Of a stretch of DNA of 64,000 bases, positions 23,668 through 36,149 are shown piece by piece; positions within the stretch are counted from its first letter, which is position 1, and every line of letters begins with the position of its first letter. The notes under the pieces are model-generated. The model saw only the letters and a list, made by a program, of their open reading frames with translations. It was not told the origin of the DNA and did not search any database. The translations under genes and the position numbers were made by a program. The stretch lies in the NCBI GenBank assembly GCA_965153455.1, contig OZ234493.1:36260213-36324212 (forward strand), written 5' to 3'. Source of the DNA: Sphagnum compactum. Lineage: Eukaryota.

Positions 23668-26093
23668 TCAAATGACAATTGTCTTGTTGCCAGGAACTGA
23701 ATGAGCTTGGATCTGTGCTCGAGTCAGAACATTCACCTTCCGTTTCCGCTTACGATTAATGGGTTGCTGAACCTTATCAAGGTCAGCTGCTGTTGCAAGA
23801 TAGCCATAGAAGACACGCTGCTTTATCTGTGTCTCTTTGTCAATGCGAAGGAAATCAGGGCCCTCCTCCAGGTCATCATGGCCTGGAAGGCCATGCCAAA
23901 AAGGTTGGATGCGGCACCAATCTTTCCGGCTCCTCCCATTTTTCTCAAAGTGTTCGTGTAAGCGGTCCGCTTCTTCTAAGCCTTGCAAACTGGGTGGGTA
24001 CTGGACAAGTACCTGCCCTTTGTGGCCCTCTTTTCCCCATGTTGATTTGGGCTTCCCTGCTGCATGTTCAATATCTGATTCCACACCATGAGATCACGTA
24101 ATGAGAACCATTACTGCAAAGAGAAACTCTGCAAAAGTATACAACCTAACCAAACAAATTTTGTGTCAGGTTCCAGCCAAACCGAAACAAATGCGGCAAT
24201 AATGCCTGCTGTGATAACCTTGGGAGTCTCACTCACAATGTATCAGAGCATCACCTTCATTGTGAACAGCACCAACTACCTACCATCATGCCAAACAAAT
24301 TTTGTGTCAGGTTCCGGCCAAACCAAAACAAACACAACAATAATGCCTGCTGTGATAACCTTGTGAGTGTCACTCACAAAGTATCAGAGCATCACCTTCG
24401 TCATGAACAGCAGTGACTACCTACCATCATGCCCCACTCACATTATCAGCTCCCAAGAGTTCCATCTTGAGAACCACCAAGAAAAGTCATACCAAGTTTC
24501 AGCAACATGTACCAGCATAGAAAAATTTGTGACATTACTAATCTGGTCAAACACATGAGAATTCCTAAACCTATTAAGAGGACAAGACATGCAAGGTTGC
24601 ACACAGACAGCTACAATTGTTTCAGGGACTGGACAATGCTCAACCCATGCTTTTCTTTTAGAGAGAAACTGTTACAAACAATGCACCATTTCTTGCACTG
24701 TGGGTTGCTTCTGTTTAATTTTGAAACAACCCTCTTCTGAAATCCGAATACCAGAAGAAGGATGCAATCATTTCCTTAACTTGTGTGAGTTATTTCTTCT
24801 GAATCTAGTTAGGGAGATCACATAAGGTGCCCTCTGTAACTGGACCAGAAACAACTCTGAAAAACCATTTCTTACCACTGAGTCTTGTCTCAATGATCTC
24901 TGGACTTGAAGAACTGTGTAAGAGCAATGAATGCAATGAAAACCCTAAACAACCCTCTCTTGGGTGGTCAGTCCTTCAATACTAAAACTTGGAGGATGGA
25001 CTGGTACACAATCTGAGGCACACAAAAACAACCCACAGAAACCCCACTGCACAAGCCAGAGTTGTGAATGAACACTGGTTATAATCCTTGATGCAATAAA
25101 TTTCCATTAGGAGTATACAAATTTCATTGAGAATTATTCAATGGCGGGTCTTTTTGGAATCTGGCGAGAGTTGTCACACAAACACAATGGAGATTGAGAC
25201 AGACCTGATCCACAAAGAAATGAAAGAATCAGCAGAAAACGATTTGAAGGCCCAACCAATAATCTGAAGAAACACAGCATTGAAGGTTAGTATATCATAC
25301 CTTTCAGGAAGCAGGCCATTTCAACATTTCCAATTCCTGTCCAACGCCCATCTTCAGTTTTTCCTGTCCGTGTATTCTCAATAACAACTGTTGGTGGCCA
25401 CACCAGAAGCTCATTTGGATCTTTCATCTCTTTTGCTTTATCCTCCATTCCTACAGCTTCCTTCCCTTGAGCTGCCAGTTGCATACAAGGTTTTGATTTA
25501 GCCCTACTCATTTCTTTTTCACTCATGTCTTCTTCAGCTGCCTGCATATTATCTGCCTTTTTTTCCACTGCCTTCTCATGAAATTCAAGATGTGTGTACA
25601 ATGGTCCTTGAGCACATTCTGCCACATCTCCTAGTGAATTCTTTTTTTGAGCTGCCAGAACGCAGTTTTCTTGTGCCAGTTTCCCTTCATCATCAGTCAT
25701 CAGCCCTCTTGGAGCTTGTTGGGAGAACCTGAATGTTCCTGCAGTGTCCTGAGGCAAATTCATTTTCTTTTGTGCTTCCATATCCTCGTCATTCTTGAAG
25801 GCTTCTTGAGTAATCTTCACAGGGTTCAACTTCTTTACCACTTCTTCAGCTATGCACTTATCAGGAGCTGGTTCTGGTGCAAAACCAACTTCCCCTTTGG
25901 CTTCTGTCTTTTCCCCACAATTCATATCTGAGTCTAGAGTTTCCCGCAAGAGACCAAACTTCTGTTGAGCTTCTTGATAAAGCTTCACAGGTGTTCCTAT
26001 CTTCTTGACCACTTCTTCAGTCACATGCTCCTTGGGAGTTGCTTCCAGCAGAAGACCTACTTCATCTTGCACCCACTGCATTTCATTGTCCAT
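23668..26093 (-). CDS. XS-domain (SGS3/IDN2-related RNA-binding fold) protein with a long acidic low-complexity N-terminus; possibly a decaying gene
   Basis: Exon to 25301 (donor G|gtatga) spliced to 24074-23668 (atcag|ATATT). Peptide LLVWPPTVVIENTRTGKTEDGRWTGIGNVEMACFLKD...STWGKEGHKGQVLVQYPPSLQGLEEADRLHEHFEKNGRSRKDW...RVFYGYLATAADLDK matches the XS motif. First ATG after the in-frame TAA at 26184-26186 is at 26093; upstream in-frame ATGs lie at 26270 and 26306. Confidence 0.8.
24150..24432. repeat. 141-bp direct tandem duplication inside the XS-gene intron
   Basis: ccaaacaaattttgtgtcaggttcc...ctacctaccatcatg at 24150 and 24291. Confidence 0.92.
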
Positions 26094-27879
26094 TGGACTC
26101 TTTTCCTGTGCTTCATGAGAAAAACTCAATATCTCATCAACATTCTCTACGACTCCTTTGCCAATATTCTTAAGCCGAAAGGCTTATACTTCGTTCAGAC
26201 CCATTATGTTCCCTTTATCACTTTGGTCCTTCTCTTCAGCAACAACCCCATTTTCCTCTTCCACAGCCATACACACATCCGCTTGTCGTTCCAACTCTTT
26301 ACACATATGTGCATTGCTGACAAGAGGACAAACCAAAAACCCCAAATAAATTTCAGACAAAAAATTACAACTTTGAACACGAAATCCTCCACTCAATTCT
26401 CCACACTTGGAATTCCCTTCACTTAATATGCACTTTGATCTGAATTGCTTCACCCATAAAATCTCTGCACTTACTCCTTCATTCAAGAAACTCTACAGTG
26501 GTATAGAACACTGACCCACCATGAGTTCTCCGGTGCAAAATGCTTCAAGCTCAAGATGAAGATGTGTGGCTGCCTGTCTCACACGGCAAGGAATCAAAAC
26601 CCTAAAATCCCAAGATGACTCTCAAAGTCACCATTTTTCCCCTAATCCAAAACACCAACATGCTTGAAGCTCAAAATGGAAAAATGCTATCAAAATTCCG
26701 CATCCCAAGTTTTCAAGACACCAGACAATTTCGTAAAACTGGGAAGAAAAAACCACATCCCAAATCTGTTCACCGACATCATCATCATTATATCAGCATC
26801 ATTGGTGCTGTTCCAAAGCATCCAACCTCCAGACACACAAAAAAAAAAAAAACCCCAAACACCCACTGCATAGTATTCATCTTCATTCATTTCACCACAC
26901 TCTCAACATCCATAGGAGACCCTAGACTAAGAGATTGATGGTGGATTCCTTTACATAGACTAGTGGATTCCAGCTCTTCATCATCATCATCATCCTTACC
27001 ATCCTTAACAACACATCGTCGTTATCAGCATCATTTCAGCATCCTTAACAACATTATCATTGTCATGAGCATCACTTCAGCATCCTTAATAACATTATAA
27101 GCATTATCAGCATCATTTTGTGCTCTTTCAAAGAAATAATTTCAGGGCTTGAAACCAACAATCAAGGGGAAAAGTGCCTAATACTTATCCGACTGCTATG
27201 CTTGAAAATTGCCTATTTTTTCAAATTTTTTTTTTGAGGTTTGATACCTTCAGTATGAATCCTGAAACATTCGATCTTTGCAAGAAAAAATGCCATGTGA
27301 CCACAACTCTTCAAACTTGAACAAAATCAAATGAGCCTAGAGGAGGTGTGTAGACCCCAAACTCAACAATGTGAATGCTTGAAAGTTGCTTCTCATACCC
27401 TAGTAAATCATTGCAAGGTTTTTGCATTGTATTTTGAAAGCACTTCCTTGCATGCAAGATTTCTTAGTAAGTTGAAGGACCCTTTCAATATGACATCTTG
27501 GAGTATTATGTGGAGTGACCTTGCTTAATTTTTGAGCTTACACTCTTGGGTTATTGTTCTCAAGGCTACAACTTTCAAACTAGGGGCTTGACTTTACATC
27601 ACAAACTTATCAAGCTTAATAGATTTGTACAAATTGCGTGCGAAATATGGTTTTCAAAGGTTCATACAAAAATCGCATGAATTTTATGCTATGGATGATA
27701 TTTGTAAATATTCAAACAGATGAAACATTGTTTTTGAATGACATATGTGAATGTTCATGTTTTATACACAAAAATTACATAATTTTATGAAAAATTAGAT
27801 CATGATAATTGCATGGATTTAATTATAATGTAAATCATACATATTTCACATCAAAACATCATAAGTAGAAAGACACATT

Positions 27880-27910
<31 letters not shown>

Positions 27911-30018
27911 ATGTTAAATTTTTATTTTTTTTGTCATGCCATTTTTACATTTAAAGCTCACAAATTTTGCACAAACATATTGTTTTATAACTTTCCCATA
28001 GATTCTATTGAAGTTTATGATGTAGGAAACACGTCTTCCCCTATATTAAATATCAATGACAAAACATAAGTATACATGCACTTTAAAACTCCAAGTCCCA
28101 TGCCTATCTTCAATTGATTGACATATTTCAAGAAAAAGTAAAATGCCTAATATCACTAAAATTTCAAATCCATTTGCTTGATTAACTTTTTCATTATTTA
28201 ACTTGGGCTTTTCATTGTTGTGCATTACTAATGATGATTAATTGATCAATTGATGAAAAAAATGAATTGATTTTGTGGACATTAAATTTTGTTTGAATGA
28301 TATTGCATGCACATTGAATTGAATTAAGTTCAGATTTAATTGAAATGGATCTTTATTTTATTTTATATTTCAATACATTGATTGGATTTTGAATTGAATT
28401 CCAATTCAACTAAATTCAATTAAAAAATTGGATTAAAATTCAATTGAAAAAAATTTGGATGCAAATTGGTGAAACATGTATTGAAACTTTGCTTGTGAAT
28501 ATGGTGTTGGAAAAAAAACTTTAAAAAGGCACCTTTACATGCCTCTTTACTAAAAATTGGGCTAAACAAATTTTTGGTTGAAAATTAATAAGAAAAAAAT
28601 ATGGGACTTCATGGTCGTCCTACTTAAACTAGGATGAATCATTGTCACTAAAATAAAAAAAACACATCATGTAATAATCTAACCTTGATGACATTTCAAA
28701 TTTCAAACTAAAAACTTCCTTTATTAAATATATAACTTTTGTATTTAAATGCACTTATATATATGACATGTTCATCCATCATATGCACACACAATATTTC
28801 AAGTGTCACTCACAAATTGGGTCAAGTTTGAGAGAAAATTCTATGGTCAAATCTTACACCAATGCAAAGTTTTTTCCTTGTGAATACAACCATTAAAAAA
28901 CAACAGCAAAGTGCTTAACTTGGTAGGCAAGTACAATAGGTCTAACTTGAAACAAATTTTATAAAGATTATGTTCTTGGGGCCCAAGCTTAATGTTTTAT
29001 TAAGCCACACCTTTAGGCAAGGATTAAACATTGGCTTGGGTTCATAACACCTTAAGACTACCTGTAGATTAAACAATATGAAAAAAATAAATTGATGTTC
29101 AAGCACACTTATGAACTTGGTATTATTAAGTTAAAAATAACTTAAAAGGCTAAAATTAAAAATTTTAAGGAGGAAGAAAAGAAAAATGATTTGATAGGAT
29201 TTATTCTAATGAATTTGTTAGGTAAGTATTTTAATTTACCTATTGTGTAATTTTTGGATTGATGGTAATTTTAGAGTTATGTTAAGAGATATAAGTTGAT
29301 TTATATATTATAATTAATATGAAGTGTAATTATAATTTTCAAATTAAAAATAATGAAAATATCATGGCATGGCCTTCATGTATTGTACACCTTTATTTAT
29401 TGAAAAGCTTGCATTTTGTTTTTCACACCCAAACAACTTAGTCCTTTAGTACAAGTTTTGTGCTTCTTTACATTAAATGTCACTTACATTATAAAGAAAA
29501 ACGATTGAATTCATATTGTGTAGTGTGTATATTGTATGTGAAATTAATGACAAACTTTTTTTTAATCATTTAAAGGAATAACCTATTGATTTGTATAAAT
29601 TTGTTAAATTTGTTGACACATATCTTGTTCCATACAAAGTTGCATTTGAATGACTACTTATCTACTAATTTCCTTGAATTCCACTCCTTATTGAACCACA
29701 ATGAATGAGCGATATTAGAATTGGTGTATAGTAGGAAGCATAAACATGGGAGGTTAATTGTTGATAATTTTTTTGTCATCATGAAAGAGATGTATTAGGA
29801 GTTAATTGAACACATGTGACATTTATGTGACATTTTTATCATATGTGTGAACACATGTTGTTTATTGCACAATCCAATACACAATAAAGGATTATAAAAA
29901 AGAAAGTTGAAAGAAATCCCAATAAACAATTCATATGGACATAGTTCAAAATGTTGATGATTCGTTAGTCCCTCTTCATTGAAAAACATATTCCAACTAA
30001 AAAGAAAGTAGTTGAGTA

Positions 30019-30225
30019 GGAGGAAGGATTCAATTAAGTGAGTAGCCCTCAAGGTTTAGGCCTCTTCCTGGAGGAAGAATTGAATTAAATGGGTAGACCT
30101 TGTGGTTTAACCCTATTCCAAAAGGAAGGATTCAATCAAATGGGTAGACCTTGGGGTTTAGCTGTATTCCAAGAGGAAGGATTCAATTAAATGGGTAGAC
30201 CTTGGGGTTTAGCCTTATTCCAAGA
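30019..30225. repeat. 51-bp minisatellite, 4 copies
   Basis: aggaaggattcaattaaatgggtagaccttggggtttagccttattccaag; units at 30021, 30072, 30123 and 30174. Confidence 0.9.
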
Positions 30226-31052
30226 TGAACCAAGTAGGTCCAAGAAAGAACATAAGTATGGAACATGTGGTGTTCTAGTAGGGGTAGAAGATAAGGGAAT
30301 AAGAGAGCTTATTTGGAAGCAAGTGAAGAAGGTTTGGAAAGTGAGTGTGGGTGTGTGGCAATTTATCCCTTGAGTAGGCATAAGAGTTAGCCTCTTTTAG
30401 GAAAGAAAACAATGTCTTAAAAAGAGGATGGTTGGATGAAGTGAAAAGATTGTTGAAATACAAAATTTGGCCTATGATGAGCAAAACAATATCTCAAATA
30501 AACTTTCACAAAGAAATGTAGCACATGGATGAAAGATTATTCATGAATGAAATTCGTCACAAAAAATGTTTGATCATTGTTTGACGAATGAAATGTAATG
30601 GGAATTTATTTTTTGGATGATGGAAAAATTATGTTCATGGATGAAATTGACCACACACAGCAATTGGCCATATGGGTGAAATGAATTACATTGATGAATT
30701 AGAACTTCAAAAGTGAAATTGATCACAAAGGTTAAACTAACATGTATATGTATTAAATTTATGATACTAATGAAATTGAACATCATGGTGAAATTAACAT
30801 ATGGATGAAATTCATGACCAAAATGAACCATCCCACATGGATGAAATTATAAAATGAAAGTATGAATGAAAATGATAATATTGATGTTGTTGACAAAAAT
30901 GATTGATAAAAAGATACCAAGTGGATGAAACTTTGAAAGTAGAAGACAAAATTTCACTTTCAGCAGCAGCAATTGTCTTTTTGTTGCTGGTGGACTTGAT
31001 TCCCTGTGGCCAAAAACAAACACATGATGATAGGAAGACATGAAAACACTTT

Positions 31053-31225
31053 GAAGTTCCATGATGAGTTCTCTCTACTTTTAGAAAGTTCCATGATGAG
31101 TTCTCTCTACTTTTAGAAAGTTTCCACTTGTTGTTAGAAAGTTTCCACTTGTTGGTAGAAAGTTTCCACTTGTTGTAGAAAGTTTCCACTTGTTAGAAAG
31201 TTTCCACTTGTTGTTAGCAAGTTTC
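31053..31225. repeat. Compound minisatellite: 32-bp unit x2, then ~20-bp unit x5
   Basis: gttccatgatgagttctctctacttttagaaa at 31056 and 31088, then agaaagtttccacttgttg(t/g)t repeats to about 31225. Confidence 0.9.
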
Positions 31226-31447
31226 GTCTCTGTACCTATGCAACATACAGATTTTCAATTCAACAATGTCACACCCCTTGTTTATTATCACATGGCTGAT
31301 TGGGGAAATGTTATAAGAAATAAGAGAGAATTTAAAGGATGTCAAGTCAGCAGAAACTAGATGTTAAAAACCCAACCTATCATTTTTAGTTTAGCAGGTC
31401 TCCTGACACATAAAAAATGACAGATTTCAACTTTTAGAGCAATTATA

Positions 31448-31625
31448 TTGGAGTTGAGAATTTGGAGATTAGATTCAGATTGGCGAAATCATGGAGTTGA
31501 GAATTTGGAGATTAGATTCCCATTACCAAAAATCATAGAATTGAGAATCTGGAGATTAGATTTAGATTTTGCCAATGATGATGATGCATTGGAGATTATT
31601 GGAATTGGAGATTGGATTCAGATTT
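31448..31625. repeat. ~43-bp degenerate tandem repeat upstream of the 2OGD gene
   Basis: tggagttgagaatttggagattagattc recurs at about 31449, 31492 and 31536, with partial copies to 31625. Confidence 0.8.
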
Positions 31626-32386
31626 GTTGCCCATGATCATGATCAGTACCCATCATCATCAATGCCAGGACGAAATTTCAGAAGAGCCACTTGTCCTCCC
31701 CCAAAAGATTTGCTCATGTGCATGGAGGTAGAATCAGTATCTATAAGAGCCCAGAGCTCTTGAAAGATTTTGCTCGTCTTCTTCTTCCTCTTCTAGCTTG
31801 TTGTACATTACGCTTTGCAAACTTTAGTGTTTTGGGTTTTTCGAGTTTTGATTGCATCTCACTTGGCTTGTAAGAACTCGATGCTTGCTGATGATTTCAG
31901 ACTTTTTCTTTTTTTTTCCCTCTCTCTTTTTGGGTTTGGGTTGTTGTGGGTGTTCGAGTGTTCGAGTCACGGTGTGGTGCTATATTCTTGGAAGAAGTTT
32001 CGCTCCAAGTGGTTCCCATCAAGTTACCCCCATCGAAGTCGAAGTGAACTCATCTTCTTCATTCACATTCTTTGCCTCAAACAATTGTTAAGCAGCAAAA
32101 CCAAATCTTCGGAGCTGGAGCGATTCTCGAACAGCAATCAGTCTCTCCCGGGAAGTATCTCTCTTTGAGTACAGAGGATCTCAAGTAAACTATCTTGAGT
32201 ACATATGCTTCATACACCATAGCTGAGAGTGTCTACTCTTCTTCCTCTAGTTGCCAAGAATTTTGAGAGGCAGATCTACCTCTAGAAACGTCCTGCGAAG
32301 CCGAAAATTCCATAACTTGTTTCATCGGTGCAGCTGATCGAGTCTGCATTGTCTTTTTGGAAGAAGAATTGTGTACCAGACGTACG

Positions 32387-33096
32387 ATGCCGTCGGACTT
32401 CATGCGTGATCATAGCAGCAGCAGTATGACAGATGATGCTTCTTACCCAGCAGCAGCAGCTTCCAGTTTATCGAAAGCAAGTGGTCTTTGCAGAGGAACT
32501 AGTGTCGCCGAGAATTGGAGGCTACTGCAGGCAGAAGAACTACACAAATCCAAGCTTTTGAGGAGTGCCAGTGACGATCTTGCAGAATTCATATGGCCCC
32601 AAGACGAGCGTCCATCAGTGCCCCATAACGATTTCCAAAGAGCAGAAGAACTTCCCATACTTGACCTTTATAGTCTTCATCATCAATCTGATGAACATCC
32701 CACCAGCAGCAGCAGCAGCAGCGCCAGAGACAAAATTGCCAGAGATTTGGTCAAGATTCTGTCCGACTGGGGGTTTGTGCAGCTGGTCAATCATGGGGTT
32801 GACACCCAGGTGATCCAGGACATGCAAGCCCAGGCCAAGAAATTCTTCGACCTGCCTCTGGAGCAGAAGGAGAAAGCAAAAGTCTCGCCAGGCTCCTCCT
32901 CCTCCTCCTCCTCCTCAAGCAACTACAAGAATCACGAAGGTTTCGGCTATGGTGTAGAGAGTGGGTTTTACTATGACAGAAAGCCCTGGATCGATCGCTT
33001 CCAGTGCAGGTGGAGTCCGGCGGAGAGCATCACAGAGCTGGCTGACAAGGTCTACTGCGAAGATGCTCACGAGGCTGAAGAATTCAGGTTAAACTC

Positions 33097-33128
<32 letters not shown>

Positions 33129-33537
33129 GCAGTGATGTTTCGACTAAGAAGTGTGGTTGTTGATGTGGGTGTTGGGTTGTTTGTGCGATTGCTTGACGTT
33201 TCCTGCAGTAAAAGCATAGAGGAGTACAATAGGAGTTTGGACATGCTTACGGCGCAAGTACTGGAGCTTTGTGCGGAAGGATTAGGGCTGGAAAGCTCCA
33301 CATTCACAAAACCTTACTTAGGCACCGCAGGAGAATGCACAGCGCGGTTCAACTACTATCCGCCATGTCCACTGCCTTCTCTCACACTGGGCCTTGGCGC
33401 TCACACCGACCCAAACCTCCTCACCATCTTACATCAGTGCAAGGTGGGTGGATTGCAAGTCTACCGCGATGGCTCCTGGTTGTCCGTCAAACCATTAACC
33501 AATTCTTTCATCCTCAACATTGGCGACTCCTTCGAGG

Positions 33538-33589
<52 letters not shown>

Positions 33590-34152
33590 TTCCATATGTT
33601 TGAAGAAGAGCTTTGAACCCTAATTTCTGGAAATCAATCAAAGCTCTGCTGCAACTGTTTTCTTCCGATAATACCTTCTACGACTTGTTTGCAATTGGGT
33701 GCATCGCCTAGTTACGAATCTTGTTGATTGTACCCACGATCCGGTAGATTTCTTAATAAAAAAATCTTTGCAACAACACTGACTTCTGAATCCAAGTATT
33801 TAACTAAACACATCAACATGTGCTGCAATCTTTGAGTGGGTGTGGTGTGTGTGTGTGTTCTTTCTTCTTCCAATACCAACAACAGGCATGGACAAATGGG
33901 CGATTCAAGAGTGTGAGGCATCGAGCTGTGGTGAATGAAACAGAAGCTCGACTGTCGATTGCTTACTTTTCAAATCCACCACCTCTCTCAGTCATGACTG
34001 TTCCGCAGAATCTCATTGATTCTCTGCATCCTTTGCAATTCCGTCCTTCCTTCACATGGGTCGACTACAAATTGCATCTTCTGGAAATGCACAAAAAACC
34101 AAACGGTTCCAAAACATCCAAGGCATGGCTTCGGAGCACCAAATCTCTCTGA
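32387..34152 (+). CDS. 2-oxoglutarate/Fe(II)-dependent dioxygenase (DOXC class, gibberellin 20-oxidase-like), 3 exons, 431 aa
   Basis: Exons 32387-33087, 33209-33536, 33886-34152 (1296 nt). Motifs EFIWPQDERP, ELPILDL, WGFVQLVNHGV, FFDLPLEQKEK, KPWIDRF (LPWKET-like), NYYPPCPLPSLTLGLGAHTDP (HxD), VRHRAVVN (distal His), RLS (RxS 2OG binding). Confidence 0.92.
33540..33585. repeat. (CT)n microsatellite just after the intron 2 donor of the 2OGD gene; a second (CT)n lies at 33093-33128 after the intron 1 donor
   Basis: Directly visible dinucleotide runs. Confidence 0.95.
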
Positions 34153-36149
34153 AAACTCCACACCGCCCCGAGCTATCCCAGAAGAACCCCAAACTAGGGG
34201 TAGGTTACTGGGCCCCAGATTGACTCAAACTGGAGAGGAAACAAGAAGTCGGGATGAAAAGCAGTGTGCAGGTCAAAAAACAAACAGGGGACCGACTTAT
34301 GAGTTTTCTGACCTAACCTTCCCCCCGAGTTTTGAATTTGCCTTACCTACACTTCATTAAATCAAAGCCTCGACAGAATAAGATCCTGTGAATCTTCTGA
34401 ACTGATGTCCAATTTCATGGAAGGGGTACTCAATTTTGTGGACTCATGTTTTATGGGTACTTTCAAATTGGGGATGACACTGGGTTTGAGAAGGTCAAAC
34501 TAGGGCCCAAACACAGGGTGAGTTTACAGTTACCACATGGGTCAATCATTGTGACTGGCCAATAAAAAAATTGGAAACTTTTTTTTTTTTTTTTTTTAGG
34601 TTTTTAGCTTGGATCTTTTGCTAATGAATTAACTATAGATTATCTATTATTGAAAGATGCTCAAAAAAATATACAAGAAAAAAAAAGTTTTGAAACCTAT
34701 TAACTTTCATTAATAATTAGACTGATTAGTTGCTAAATGCATCAAAAAGTTTTTTTTTTTTGATTATTTGTAATGAGCCCCTTTGATTTGGCCATCACAA
34801 ATAAAAAGTTGTGAAACTTTTGACATGCCTTCGCATTTTGGACACTCCAAACTATAGAAATGTTACCCTTTCATGGCTTGGCACATAGGTTATAAGGATT
34901 TAACTTTCAACAAAGATCCAATAAAGTGTGGTAATATCCATCTTGGGAACACATTGGGTACTTGGTAACATGTTGGGAATGCATTAGGAACATGGTGAGA
35001 ATACATTGTGATCTTGATTTGAACATAATGAAACCTCCGTGCTCACACATTATGAACAACAAAATTCAATAAATGCAAAGCCCACATTTTCACTGCTCCT
35101 ACCTGTACAGCTACTATAATTTCTCTCGAACCTTGTGCATAAAATGCTGCGATTCAGCATTTCGTACTGTGTTTCAGCATTTCAGACTGAGATTTAATAA
35201 AATTTCCTTACTTTGTGGATACCACTAAAAGAGGGGGTAGGGGGTGAAAGGAGGCCCAAAGACAGGGTGACTTTATGGAATCCTTTAACTTGTGTAGTGT
35301 TATCCAAAGGCTCATTTATGAAACCTTATCAAGACATGATTATCCAACATCTTGGGTTTTGAAGAGAATTTTTTAATATATATGAAATCTCGTTGGAATT
35401 TAATAAACTAGGCTTGGAGCTTATTATATACTAATGCGATGCATTTTATGGATTGGAACTTTCAAAAGGTTAAATGGTTTAGCACATGATCCTTAATAGA
35501 AATGGTGAGGTTGTGAGGGGTTCAAACAACTACGGTTATGTGAGGACATTTAATATATACCAAAAGCCAACCACAACTTTAGTTTCAAACCATCAAAATT
35601 AATTACACTTAAGGATGTGTTTACATGTGTCCTTCCCCCTTGTGTGCCACTTTATCCTTTTCCATTTTCAAGTGTTCACTGTCATATCAACCTCTATTTG
35701 AGGTTATTTCATTGCATTTGTTTGTTCATTGTTCTTTTTGTTTTGGAATATGTAGTGACATTGTTTTGCGACGATTAGGTTGTAATGGGGTAAGATTTTT
35801 TTTTTTCACATTTCTCTTCATTTGTTTTATTTTGTGACTTATTAGTTTGAAACCATTTCAAAGCAAATATTTCCAATGGTTAAATGAGATGAATGTGCAC
35901 ATTTTTCGGTGGAAGACATTGACCACAGAGTGGAACAAAATTGTAAGCAATCACATTTACACATTTTGGTTTTCAATAATTGTTTCATTTGTTTTAAAAT
36001 TTTAAGTTTGGATTTGTAATAGTTTTAATAGTTTTCTAAAAGTGTTTTGAGCCTTGATGATTTTTGATTTCTGTAGCAACATGTTGATCAAAAGAACTTT
36101 AATTAATAATTGTTTTAAATCAATATAAAAGATGTTAAGAGTAGTCACA

